Shown piece after piece: positions 17,559-26,364 of a stretch of DNA of 37,561 nucleotides. Where the stretch lies: NCBI GenBank assembly GCA_964423845.1, contig CAYRGU010000045.1:1-37561 (forward strand), written 5' to 3'. A model generated the notes under the pieces. That model did not search any database. It was not told the origin of the DNA and saw only the letters and a list, made by a program, of their open reading frames with translations. The translations under genes were made by a program, and so were the position numbers. Position 1 is the stretch's first letter. Each line of letters begins with the position of its first letter. The DNA is from an uncultured Nitrospirota bacterium. GTDB taxonomy: Bacteria; Nitrospirota; Nitrospiria; SBBL01; SBBT01.

Positions 17559-18989
17559 ATGAACAATGCAGTGAAGCCGTCGATTTTAGTGGTGGATGAT
17601 GAGCCATCATTTCGTTCCGTTATTGTGGATTTTCTTTTGGAGGAAGGGTATCTGGCCATTGGCGCGGAATCTGCGGAGAAAGGGCTCTCTTTAATGGGTC
17701 AGGGCCAGTACGGTATCGTTTTCAGCGATATTCATCTTCCCGGCATGAACGGGCTGTCTTTTTTAAAAGAAATTAAGAAACGATCTCCGGATGTGGAAGT
17801 CGTTATGATGAGTGGACACGGAACGTTTAATTTCGCACTCGATGCCCTCCGCTGTGGGGCGTATGATTATGTCGTCAAACCCTTGAGCGAAATTGAACTG
17901 GTTCTGATGATTGTCAGACGTGTCTCCGACAAAATTGGCTTGGAAGCCGAGAAAAAAAGGCTCGTGGAAGAGCTTCAGGAGAGCAATCGGAGGTTAGAGG
18001 AAAGTCATATTAAAATTGTTCAATATTCAGAAGATATTTCGGCGCTTTATGTGGCGGAGAAGGAATTACTCTCCGGATTGGATCTGGTTGAAGTGTTCCG
18101 GCGGACGACCAACTGTCTCTCCCGTCTGGTTGGATTTTACCCGGCCATTATTTGGACTTACTCTGAATCTTTAGATACCTTGATTCCCCAGGCCCGGAGT
18201 GGGTTGGATCAGATGAAAGATCAGGAGTGGGTCATTCCTCTGACGGGGCAGATCTCCCGTCCGACACAGAATATGGTCGCCCATTTGGAGGAGACCTTCG
18301 CGTCGATTGTCTCTGCGGGATCTGTTTTCTTCCAGCCGATTCTTGGACGGGATAAACCGTTTGGCTTTTTATCTATTGTTGGAGACAAAAAAGGGATTTT
18401 TTCTCTGAGAGAGCGTGAAATTCTCTCTCGCTTTTCGACGTCTGTGGCGATGGCCATCGAGAACGCGAACCTATACCAGGAGGTGAAGGCCCTCTCCATT
18501 CGGGATGGCTTAACGGGTCTTTATAACCGCCGTCACTTTGAAGAGGTCCTGGGAACGGAGGGGTTTCGATCGGTTCGTTATCAGCATCCGGTTGCGCTGA
18601 TCTTTCTGGATGTGGACCACTTTAAAACGTACAACGACACCTATGGACATCTTTGCGGCGACGAGGTCTTAAAACAAATTGCCACCCTTATCGTGAAGCG
18701 GATTCGCGTCGCGGACATTGCCTGCCGGTACGGGGGAGAGGAGTTCACGATTGTGCTCCCAGACACGGATACGAAGAATGCGCGATCGGTGGCTGAAGAC
18801 ATCCGGATTATGGTGGCCTCCTATCCCTTCCCCCACGTGGGGCAATGCCCTGGTGGATCGCTGACGATCAGCGCCGGCATTTCGGAATGCCCCACTGACG
18901 GGAAGAGTCTTTCGGATATTGTGGCCGTTGCGGACAAGGCCCTTTATCGGGCGAAGCTTGCAGGTCGGAATAAGGTCTGCTGCGCCTGA
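17559..18989 (+). CDS. Response regulator with REC, a central GAF-like region and a GGDEF diguanylate cyclase domain
   Basis: REC: ILVVDDEPSFR ... FSDIHLPGMNG ... VKP. GGDEF domain has an intact GGEEF active site and an RVAD I-site (RxxD) five residues upstream. A strong RBS (GGAGAAGGAG) precedes the ATG. Confidence 0.9.
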   Translation: MNNAVKPSILVVDDEPSFRSVIVDFLLEEGYLAIGAESAEKGLSLMGQGQYGIVFSDIHLPGMNGLSFLKEIKKRSPDVEVVMMSGHGTFNFALDALRCGAYDYVVKPLSEIELVLMIVRRVSDKIGLEAEKKRLVEELQESNRRLEESHIKIVQYSEDISALYVAEKELLSGLDLVEVFRRTTNCLSRLVGFYPAIIWTYSESLDTLIPQARSGLDQMKDQEWVIPLTGQISRPTQNMVAHLEETFASIVSAGSVFFQPILGRDKPFGFLSIVGDKKGIFSLREREILSRFSTSVAMAIENANLYQEVKALSIRDGLTGLYNRRHFEEVLGTEGFRSVRYQHPVALIFLDVDHFKTYNDTYGHLCGDEVLKQIATLIVKRIRVADIACRYGGEEFTIVLPDTDTKNARSVAEDIRIMVASYPFPHVGQCPGGSLTISAGISECPTDGKSLSDIVAVADKALYRAKLAGRNKVCCA

Positions 18990-18993
18990 CCGG

Positions 18994-20382
18994 CTAATCC
19001 GCTTTTGGTTTTAACAGGACAAAGAAGGCCCTGTTTTCGCGGCTCACTCGAAGCAGGAGCCCCTCGGTTTTATTGGCTTTTTCAATGAGTTTTTTGAAGT
19101 CTTCGCCGTTGTTCACTTTCTCCCTGTTGACCTCTTTAATTAAATCACCCTCTTTAAGCCCTTCCGATTCTGCGGGACTTCCGCTTTCAACGTGGGTGAT
19201 GAGAATCCCTTTCTCCTCTTTCACTTTATACCGTTCGGCCATTTCCGGGGTGATGTCCTGAATGTTCAACCCCCAAAAAAACTCCGGTCTTTTTGGAAGC
19301 GAGACCGGCGTTGCCTCATCGCGTTTTTCCACCAGTTCGATGGTCAGCGTCTTTTCCTTTCCCTCTCTTAAGACTTCGATACGGGGGGTCTCTCCCGGGG
19401 AAAATCCTGCAATGATTCTGGCCAGGGTATTGGGGGTATCCACACTTCGTCCATTGACCTTGAGAATAATATCTCCAGGCATCATGCCCGCTTTGTCGGC
19501 GGGATCCCCTTCAAACACTTCATTGACCAAAACGCCTGTATTTTCCTTAACGCCGAATTTCTCCGCGAGGTCGGGCGTTAGCGTCTGAATCCCTACGCCG
19601 AGCCAGCCTCGAATGACCTTCCCTTTGGCCATGAGTTGGGTCGTGACGGTTTGCGCCATGTTGGAGGGGATGGCAAACCCGATTCCTTGCGCAAAATTAA
19701 TGATGGCAGTGTTGATGCCGACAACCTCTCCATGGATGTTAAACAGGGGCCCCCCCGAATTCCCCGGGTTAATGGAGGCGTCTGTCTGGATAAAATCTTC
19801 ATAGCGGGAGAGGTTGACATTTTCACGTCCGAGGCCGCTGATGACACCCAGGGTCACGGTTCGATCCAGGCCAAAGGGATTCCCGACGGCAATGACCCAC
19901 TGCCCCACTTTGATTTTGCTGGAATCTCCCAGGGTGGCATAGGGGAGGTCATTCGGGGCCTCAATTTTTACCAGCGCAAGATCGGTGTCGACATCTTTCC
20001 CCACGACCTTTCCCCTGAACTTTGTCTTGTCAGAAAGGCGGACCTCCACTTCATCGGCGTTTCCAACGACATGGTTGTTGGTGAGAATGAAGCCTTTTTT
20101 ATCGATGATGACGCCCGATCCGGAGCCGGGGGGTGTTTCCGGGGCCTTTCCACGAGGCGATTCACGTGGACTCTCATTGGGGCGAGAGGTGGGGTGAGGC
20201 TTCCCGGTGGCCGGGAAGATATTCACAACGGTTGGCTGAACCTCTTCGGCCAAGGCAACGAGCGTATTCTGTAGTGTTTCAAGGAGTTGTACTCCTTTCT
20301 GCCCCTCTTTGGCATCGGCGAGGGAGGTCAGATGGGTGATAAAAAATAAAAAAACGGAAAGACAAATTATTTTTCTGTTCAT
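18994..20382 (-). CDS. htrA: Periplasmic serine endoprotease, HtrA/DegP/DegQ family (trypsin-like domain plus 2 PDZ)
   Basis: Signal peptide, then the catalytic triad context TNNHVV (His), DLALVKI (Asp) and GNSGGPLF (Ser). Two PDZ-like segments follow. Confidence 0.9.
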   Translation of the reverse strand: MNRKIICLSVFLFFITHLTSLADAKEGQKGVQLLETLQNTLVALAEEVQPTVVNIFPATGKPHPTSRPNESPRESPRGKAPETPPGSGSGVIIDKKGFILTNNHVVGNADEVEVRLSDKTKFRGKVVGKDVDTDLALVKIEAPNDLPYATLGDSSKIKVGQWVIAVGNPFGLDRTVTLGVISGLGRENVNLSRYEDFIQTDASINPGNSGGPLFNIHGEVVGINTAIINFAQGIGFAIPSNMAQTVTTQLMAKGKVIRGWLGVGIQTLTPDLAEKFGVKENTGVLVNEVFEGDPADKAGMMPGDIILKVNGRSVDTPNTLARIIAGFSPGETPRIEVLREGKEKTLTIELVEKRDEATPVSLPKRPEFFWGLNIQDITPEMAERYKVKEEKGILITHVESGSPAESEGLKEGDLIKEVNREKVNNGEDFKKLIEKANKTEGLLLRVSRENRAFFVLLKPKAD

Positions 20383-20437
20383 GAATTTCTCCTGCCCTGA
20401 AGGTTAACGCACTGACGGCTGACCGGTGGAAAAGGGG

Positions 20438-20510
20438 TGCCGAGACGCAGAATCGAACTGCGGACACAAGGCTTTTCAGGCCTCTGCTCTACCGACTGAG
20501 CTATCTCGGC
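20438..20510 (-). tRNA. tRNA-Phe (anticodon GAA)
   Basis: Hand-folded 73-nt cloverleaf on the minus strand. Acceptor GCCGAGA/TCTCGGC. D arm GCTC-AGTCGGTA-GAGC. Anticodon arm GAGGC-CTGAAAA-GCCTT. T arm CGCAG-TTCGATT-CTGCG. Discriminator A. Confidence 0.92.
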
Positions 20511-20520
20511 GTACGGGCAT

Positions 20521-20549
20521 AATTAACAAAGGTATCGGGAAATTGTCAA
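20521..20549 (-). promoter_or_regulatory. Possible promoter for tRNA-Phe (and possibly htrA)
   Basis: Minus strand: TTGACA (20549-20544), a 17-nt spacer, then TTAATT (20526-20521), about 10 nt upstream of the tRNA 5' end. The -10 element is weak. Confidence 0.35.
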
Positions 20550-20555
20550 CACGCT

Positions 20556-21641
20556 TTATGCTGATTCGAGGCGCCACCAGAGGTAGATGCCGAGCAGTAA
20601 GAAAAAGAGGTTGCCCCCCCATGCCGCAGGAAGGGATGAAAGCACGCGCGTATATCCCAGTGCGATCATGGCCGAAGAGATGACCCAATAGGAAATGCCA
20701 ATGACAATCCCTACCGCAAAGCAACTTGTGCTACCTGCTTGTCTGGCCTGTTTTACAGAGAATGGAATTCCAATGAAGGCCATGATGAAACTGGCCACTG
20801 AAAAGGCCCCTCTGGCCTGGAGATCCACCTCATAGCGCGTGGCGTTTATGCCATCTTCAGTGAGTCGCTGAATATAGGTTTGAAGTTGTCGATCGGTCAT
20901 TTCCGTGGGAATCACGGCGGCCTGTCGAAAATCCTCTGGGGTCCTGTTGAGTGGAATGTTTTTTTGTATAAATGGCGTTGTTTCCAACGATCTGTTCGCG
21001 AGAAAACGGGTTTGAATGCCTGAAGCGAGCGTCCAGGTCTGGTTCGCATAGGTCATCGATTTGGCCGTGATCTCCTCCTTCAGGGAGAAGTCCTCGTCAA
21101 CGGTATAGAGATGAATCCCCTGCATCGTCCCGGAAGAAGGATCAATTTCACGGGCATAAAAAAATTCTTTGGGGGCGAATTGAAGCCATACCTTACTCTG
21201 TATAAAGTGGGTGGAGGGATCTCTTCTCTCTATTTCTATCTCTTGAACGGCCCGGGCTGTTTTTAATCCATAGGGGATGAGCGTGCCGTTTAAATGGAAA
21301 CCAAGCAGGCTGATCAAGAGGGAAAAGAGAAGGATGGGCCTCGTCAGGGTGAACAGGCCAATGCCGGCCCCCATGAAGGCGAGGAGTTCGTTATTTTTCG
21401 AGAGCCGAACCAGGGTAAAAAGCGTTGACAAAAGAATGGCGAGTGGCATGACCTCGAGGAGGATTTTTGGAGACTTGAGCACAAAATATTGCAGAATCCA
21501 GATCAATGCCGCGTCATGCTCGGAAAATCGGCGTATTTTTTCAAGGAAATGAAGCACCAGAAAAACGGTGGCCAAGGCCGGCAGCACCACGGCAAAGAGC
21601 CGTAAATATTCTTTAAGCAGATAGCGGGTGATGAGACGCAT
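20556..21641 (-). CDS. lptG: LPS export ABC transporter permease LptG (YjgP/YjgQ family)
   Basis: N-terminal RYLLKEYL, six-TM topology with a large periplasmic loop. It is the second of two tandem YjgP/YjgQ paralogues. Confidence 0.82.
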   Translation of the reverse strand: MRLITRYLLKEYLRLFAVVLPALATVFLVLHFLEKIRRFSEHDAALIWILQYFVLKSPKILLEVMPLAILLSTLFTLVRLSKNNELLAFMGAGIGLFTLTRPILLFSLLISLLGFHLNGTLIPYGLKTARAVQEIEIERRDPSTHFIQSKVWLQFAPKEFFYAREIDPSSGTMQGIHLYTVDEDFSLKEEITAKSMTYANQTWTLASGIQTRFLANRSLETTPFIQKNIPLNRTPEDFRQAAVIPTEMTDRQLQTYIQRLTEDGINATRYEVDLQARGAFSVASFIMAFIGIPFSVKQARQAGSTSCFAVGIVIGISYWVISSAMIALGYTRVLSSLPAAWGGNLFFLLLGIYLWWRLESA

Positions 21642-21644
21642 CGG

Positions 21645-22763
21645 CTACGATTGCCGTGCGGTGATGAGACCGAGATAAATCGTGGCCGGAATTAAAATAA
21701 AATGGGGGAGTCCTGCGGTCACAAAAGGGGGCGCGATGCGAAGGGTCAAGAGGGAGTCCCCCAGGATATTCAAAAGATAAAAAAGCAGAATGATCCCCAA
21801 GGCCGACGCAAAACCGCTTAAGCGACCCAACCTTCCAAACAGAATCCCGAGTAGCGTGCCTGTTATTCCGAAGACAAAAGCGGCGAGAGCAAAAGAATAG
21901 TTTTTATAAAATCCAGCTAAAAGACGCAGATCAGAAAGGCGACTCTTGTCGGGGGAGATGACTTTTTCCTGAATCTCGGAATAGGAGAGGCCCGATGGTT
22001 CCAGGGGAGGCGACTCCGAGTCAGTCGCTACGTCAATCTTGAAGTCATACGTGGAGAAGAAGAGGTGTTGGCGTTCGATTTCATTGCGGCTTTTACGATA
22101 AAGCTCACCGTCCTGAAGATGGAGTTCGACCGTTCCTGTGTCCGGCAGGGAGAGAAGGGTCCCACGCCTGGCCGTGATCAGAACGGGCTGCTCTTTCTTG
22201 CGTTCGTCGTGAATGAAAATGCCACGGAGTTCTGTGAAGGTGGGCATCGCTTCCACATAGATCACGATGTCGGAGAATGTCCCGTTGAACTGACCCGCGT
22301 GAATTCCAATGCCAGCTTGCTTTTTTAAAAGGTTCATGGAAAGTGACTTCAAGGAAGCGCCGCCCCAGGTGGGGGCCACGCTTCCCATGACGACGGCCAT
22401 GAAGCCAACCAACACCGAAAAGACCAGCACTGGCATCAGGATTCTACGGAGACTGATCCCAGCGGCATACATGGAGAGGATTTCATTGTCTGATGCGAGC
22501 CGGTGAAAGGTGATCGCGGATGAAAAACAGATCGCAAGGGGAATGGTGAGGATAAGAAAAGAGGGAAGAAGGTGTAGAAAAATATTGATGACGCTTGCCG
22601 GATGAACCCCCTTGTCAAGCACCCACTCCATCATCTGCAGCATCTGCTGAATCAAAACGAGCGAGGTGAGGATAAAAACGGCAAAGAGGAAGGGGATGGC
22701 CAGTTCCTTAAGAATATAGCGATCCAGCGTCTTCACCATGGAGGCGCCACTATAGTGAATCAT
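21645..22763 (-). CDS. lptF: LPS export ABC transporter permease LptF (YjgP/YjgQ family)
   Basis: LDRYILKEL near the N-terminus and YjgP/YjgQ topology. It is the first of the tandem pair. The true start may be the internal ATG at 22739 (MVKTLDRYILKEL...). Confidence 0.82.
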   Translation of the reverse strand: MIHYSGASMVKTLDRYILKELAIPFLFAVFILTSLVLIQQMLQMMEWVLDKGVHPASVINIFLHLLPSFLILTIPLAICFSSAITFHRLASDNEILSMYAAGISLRRILMPVLVFSVLVGFMAVVMGSVAPTWGGASLKSLSMNLLKKQAGIGIHAGQFNGTFSDIVIYVEAMPTFTELRGIFIHDERKKEQPVLITARRGTLLSLPDTGTVELHLQDGELYRKSRNEIERQHLFFSTYDFKIDVATDSESPPLEPSGLSYSEIQEKVISPDKSRLSDLRLLAGFYKNYSFALAAFVFGITGTLLGILFGRLGRLSGFASALGIILLFYLLNILGDSLLTLRIAPPFVTAGLPHFILIPATIYLGLITARQS

Positions 22764-22770
22764 CCCGTGA

Positions 22771-22815
22771 CTTGTAAATAACAGGCTTGTAAATAACAGG
22801 CTTGTAAATGACAGT
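22771..22815. repeat. 3 x 15-bp tandem direct repeat (CTTGTAAATAACAGG x2 plus CTTGTAAATGACAGT)
   Basis: Read directly. It fills most of the 69-bp spacer between the MFS stop (22833) and the lptF start (22763). Confidence 0.95.
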
Positions 22816-22832
22816 CTGTTGAATCCGTCTGG

Positions 22833-24209
22833 TTATTCTTCGGAGCTCTTTTTTCCGATAAAGGGGGTGCCCTCGCTCATCAGGGTGTAAAGATCTCTCG
22901 CAATGAACGGTTTCACGTCACGGGTTTCTTTGAGGCTTGGGAGAAACCGGAGGGCGATCGCGAGCCGTAATGCTGCGGAGAGAACAAAGAGCATCTGGAG
23001 ATTGGAGAAGTGTAGGAGAGAACTTCCAAACAGCGCCAGGGTCTCTGGCAGAAAGATGAGGAGGAGTCCCCCCAGGGATGAGCCGAAGAAAATGCCGATG
23101 GCGTTTGCGGAGTTGTAAATGGCCACACACTGGGCCCGTTTGGGGGGCGAAACGGCATCGAAGACGAAGTTTCCCATCGAGAGGGTGAAGCCCGCCCAAA
23201 TCACCCCGGCAAAAAGCTGAATCCCCACGGCCCAGATCAGATTGGTTGCAAAGACCCAGAGCAGGGGGATGATGGCCAGCGTCAGGCCAGTCAGCGTCAG
23301 CGTCCGTTTGTTGCCAAAGTGATCTCCGAGCTTTCCCCAGAGATGAAGCGTGAGAAATTGTGAGAGGACAATCGCGGCGGTCGCGATCATGAACTGAAGA
23401 TAGCTGAAATGAAGGTTACGCAGCAGATAAGGGGTGATAAACGGACCGGAGACGGTAACCGCGAAATGGGTGAGCGCGGTGTAGGTCACAAACCGGCCAA
23501 AATTTGTCTTCCGTCCATCCCGAATGAATTGTCCGATGGAGAAGTGATCCGCGTCGTGGCGAAGATAGGGGGGATCGATCATCCGGGAGAGATAAGAGGC
23601 GGAGATCAGCCGACTGATTAACGCGGCGACGAAGAGGACGACAAATCCTGCCGCGACTTTCCCGCTCTGTTGCGCCTGATGGAGAACGAATCCCGCGAGG
23701 GCCAGGGCCCCCAGGTGGGTGATACTGATCCAGCGGTTGCGTCGCCCGAAGTAGTCCCCGCGCTTGTTGGCGTCCACCAGGTCTCCCATGAGACTGCTCC
23801 AGGGAGGGTTCGCGAAGCTGCCGAACATAAAATAGAGGGTGACCATTCCGGTGAGGCAAAGCACCTGCTGTTTTGAGGAGAGATCTGGGATGAAGGAAAG
23901 GGTGGCGATGATTGGCCATACGGCGGTTTGGCCGATCACTCCGATCAGGATAAGAGGTTTTCTTCGGTGAAGGAAGTGCAACAGGGAGACGGAGGCAAAC
24001 TGAAACAGGGCCCCTACGAGCTGGGGGAGCGAAGAGAGGAGGGCAATTTGGGGGTCGGTGGCCGCGAGAAAGACCGCAAAGGCGATCAGGTAGCTCTCCC
24101 CGGACCCTGTCATCACGGCATAAAAAATACCATCCCAGATGGAATAGTTCAGGCTTTTTTGAACCCGGTCAGGATCGATCTCTCCGGGAGAGGGTGCGGT
24201 TTCACTCAT
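22833..24209 (-). CDS. MFS transporter
   Basis: 458 aa with about 12 hydrophobic segments and a central cytoplasmic loop. It is a typical MFS_1-like layout; the substrate is not inferable. Confidence 0.75.
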   Translation of the reverse strand: MSETAPSPGEIDPDRVQKSLNYSIWDGIFYAVMTGSGESYLIAFAVFLAATDPQIALLSSLPQLVGALFQFASVSLLHFLHRRKPLILIGVIGQTAVWPIIATLSFIPDLSSKQQVLCLTGMVTLYFMFGSFANPPWSSLMGDLVDANKRGDYFGRRNRWISITHLGALALAGFVLHQAQQSGKVAAGFVVLFVAALISRLISASYLSRMIDPPYLRHDADHFSIGQFIRDGRKTNFGRFVTYTALTHFAVTVSGPFITPYLLRNLHFSYLQFMIATAAIVLSQFLTLHLWGKLGDHFGNKRTLTLTGLTLAIIPLLWVFATNLIWAVGIQLFAGVIWAGFTLSMGNFVFDAVSPPKRAQCVAIYNSANAIGIFFGSSLGGLLLIFLPETLALFGSSLLHFSNLQMLFVLSAALRLAIALRFLPSLKETRDVKPFIARDLYTLMSEGTPFIGKKSSEE

Positions 24210-24235
24210 GATGTTTTAGCCGGCTGTTGAAGGGG

Positions 24236-24307
24236 TTGCGAACCCTGCGAACCCTGCGAACCCTGCGAGACCTGTGAGGTCTGCGAGGTCTGCGAGGTCT
24301 GCGAGGG
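24236..24307. repeat. 8 x 9-bp tandem repeat (TTGCGAACC, CTGCGAACC x2, CTGCGAGAC, CTGTGAGGT, CTGCGAGGT x2, CTGCGAGGG)
   Basis: Read directly. It begins 27 bp upstream of the MFS start codon (24209, minus strand), inside the 365-bp divergent MFS/cstA intergenic region. Confidence 0.95.
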
Positions 24308-24505
24308 TCGCCGACCCACAGGCCCTCTGCTCGGTTCTCAATCGCTCGCAATCCTCACATCCTCTCCTCCTCATCTATAGTACGCCCCGGTTGCTGACTT
24401 GTTCGGGCCTTGCATTTGGGACCTTTTTGAGCCGCATGAGCTTTTCAACAACCGATCAGGTCATATCACACTTGAATGGGCTGACTCAATTTCAGGGGGG
24501 GTATT

Positions 24506-24535
24506 TTGACAACGATGCGATGAACTCCGTAGAAT
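24506..24535 (+). promoter_or_regulatory. Sigma70-type promoter upstream of cstA
   Basis: TTGACA (24506-24511), an 18-nt spacer, then TAGAAT (24530-24535). GAGGGGGG RBS at 24558-24565 and ATG at 24575. Confidence 0.4.
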
Positions 24536-24574
24536 CCGGCCCTTAAATCGGCATGTTGAGGGGGGCTTATCCTG

Positions 24575-26221
24575 ATGGGTGTTCTGACCGTTGTCCTGAT
24601 TGTCATTGCCCTTTTTTCCATTGCTTACCGCGTATACGGACGGATTTTAAAAGGCGAGCTTAAGGTGGATAACGGCCGGATCACGCCGGCCCGGATGATC
24701 AATGACGGGGTGGATTATATGCCGACACCGCTCCCCATTCTGTTGGCGCAGCATTTCTCCTCAATTGCAGCGGCAGGGCCGATCGTGGGCCCGATCCTGG
24801 CGGGCCTTTGGTTTGGCTGGCTGCCCGCACTGCTCTGGATTGTCATTGGAAATATCTTTATTGGCGCCACCCATGACTTTTCCACTTTAATGGCCTCGGT
24901 TCGCCATAAAGCGGGTTCCATCGCGGAGGTGGTCAGGGAAGAGATCAGCCCACGGGCCTACCTGCTTTTTCTTTCCTTTATCTGGGTTTCTTTAATCTAC
25001 GTGATCGTGGCCTTTACCGATCTGACCGCGTCGATTTTTGTGGTCCATCAGGTTGGCGGGGGGGTGGCCAGTTCGTCGTTTCTATATCTTCTTCTCGCGA
25101 TGGGGATGGGATGGGCCATGACCCGTGGGAAGGTCTCCCTTTCTCGTGCGACCTTCGTCGGGCTCCCGCTACTTATCCTGATCATCTGGGGGGGGCAGAA
25201 GATTCCCATGGTGCTTCCGGAGGGGATTCCTTTTGGCCCGGCCAAAGCCTGGACGGTCATCATCCTGGCCTATTGTTTCCTGGCATCTGTGCTGCCGCTC
25301 TGGCTACTTTTGCAGCCCCGTGGCTATCTCGGAGGCTATTTTCTTTATGGGACATTGGGGGTGGGGGTTGTCGGGCTCCTGTTCGGCGGATATCCCATTG
25401 AATATCCCGCTTTTATCGGATTTAACAGTCCTAAAGGTGCCCCGTTGTTCCCGATGTTATTTATTACTGTGGCCTGTGGCGCCTGTTCCGGATTTCATGG
25501 ACTGGTTTGCAGCGGAACCTCTTCCAAGCAGCTTGAGAAGGAGGGAGATAGCCACGCTGTTGGCTATGGCGGGATGTTGCTGGAGGGCCTGGTCGCGATC
25601 TTCGCATTGGCCACGGTGATGATCCTTCCCCTGGACGATGCCCTGTTAAAGAAAGGTCCGACGGAAATTTATGCCCATGGGCTGGCAAGATTCGCAAATC
25701 TGTTAGGCGTTCCGATGGAAATTGCCCTTCAGTTTGGGCTGCTGGCCTTTGCCACATTTGTTTACGATACGCTGGATGTGGCGACCCGTTTGGGGCGGTA
25801 TATTTTTCAGGAGTTGACGGGATGGGAGGGGCAAAAAGGGAGAATCGTGGCAACCCTGGCAACCTTGGTGCTTCCGCTCTTTTTTCTGATGATCACAAAG
25901 GAGGCGGCCTATCTGACCTTCTGGCCGATTTTCGGGGCAAGCAACCAGCTTCTGGCAGCGCTGACGCTTCTTTTTGTTTCCGTATGGCTTTATAAAACGG
26001 GTCGGAACCCCCTCTACACGATTATTCCCATGGGGTTCGTCCTGACCATGACGTTATGGGCCCTGACCTATTTTCTAAAACCTTGGTTCCAGGGGCTCAA
26101 GTTTGACGACTTCCAGGTGAACCTTATCTCCAGCGTGGCCCTGATCCTGATCGCGATTGCGCTATTTCTATTGGTCGAGGCCATTGCTGTGGTTCGCCGT
26201 GGGAGGCACCGGGCGACCTGA
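24575..26221 (+). CDS. cstA: Carbon starvation protein CstA family transporter
   Basis: The N-terminal block PTPLPILLAQHFSSIAAAGPIVGPILA...GW.PALLWI..G.IF.G..HDF is characteristic of CstA. The protein is polytopic. Confidence 0.82.
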   Translation: MGVLTVVLIVIALFSIAYRVYGRILKGELKVDNGRITPARMINDGVDYMPTPLPILLAQHFSSIAAAGPIVGPILAGLWFGWLPALLWIVIGNIFIGATHDFSTLMASVRHKAGSIAEVVREEISPRAYLLFLSFIWVSLIYVIVAFTDLTASIFVVHQVGGGVASSSFLYLLLAMGMGWAMTRGKVSLSRATFVGLPLLILIIWGGQKIPMVLPEGIPFGPAKAWTVIILAYCFLASVLPLWLLLQPRGYLGGYFLYGTLGVGVVGLLFGGYPIEYPAFIGFNSPKGAPLFPMLFITVACGACSGFHGLVCSGTSSKQLEKEGDSHAVGYGGMLLEGLVAIFALATVMILPLDDALLKKGPTEIYAHGLARFANLLGVPMEIALQFGLLAFATFVYDTLDVATRLGRYIFQELTGWEGQKGRIVATLATLVLPLFFLMITKEAAYLTFWPIFGASNQLLAALTLLFVSVWLYKTGRNPLYTIIPMGFVLTMTLWALTYFLKPWFQGLKFDDFQVNLISSVALILIAIALFLLVEAIAVVRRGRHRAT

Positions 26222-26364
26222 CAGGTTGTTGAAAAAGTCCTATTCTTTCAATTCTTGACAATGGGTGTTGGCTATGTTAGTCATCTGCCGTGTTTTTCGT
26301 ATTTCTGGTTTTTTAAATGTCTGTAAATGCCTAAATTAGGTTATCGTAACCGCTTGTTTAGCGC

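Noticed and set aside
18989-18994. Four-bp gap between the convergent GGDEF regulator and htrA, without a terminator
   Set aside because: Tight convergent ends are common. I found no hairpin or other signal, so there is nothing to follow up from sequence alone.
24236-24307. Possible CRISPR array (also considered for 22771-22815 and 35549-35639)
   Set aside because: The units are 9-15 bp and directly abutting or only a few bp apart, with no unique spacers of about 30 bp. No cas genes or leader are present.
24274-24546. 90-aa ORF beginning MRSARSARSARV
   Set aside because: Its N-terminus is simply the translated 9-bp tandem repeat. The rest crosses the predicted cstA promoter, there is no RBS, and it sits in a divergent promoter region.
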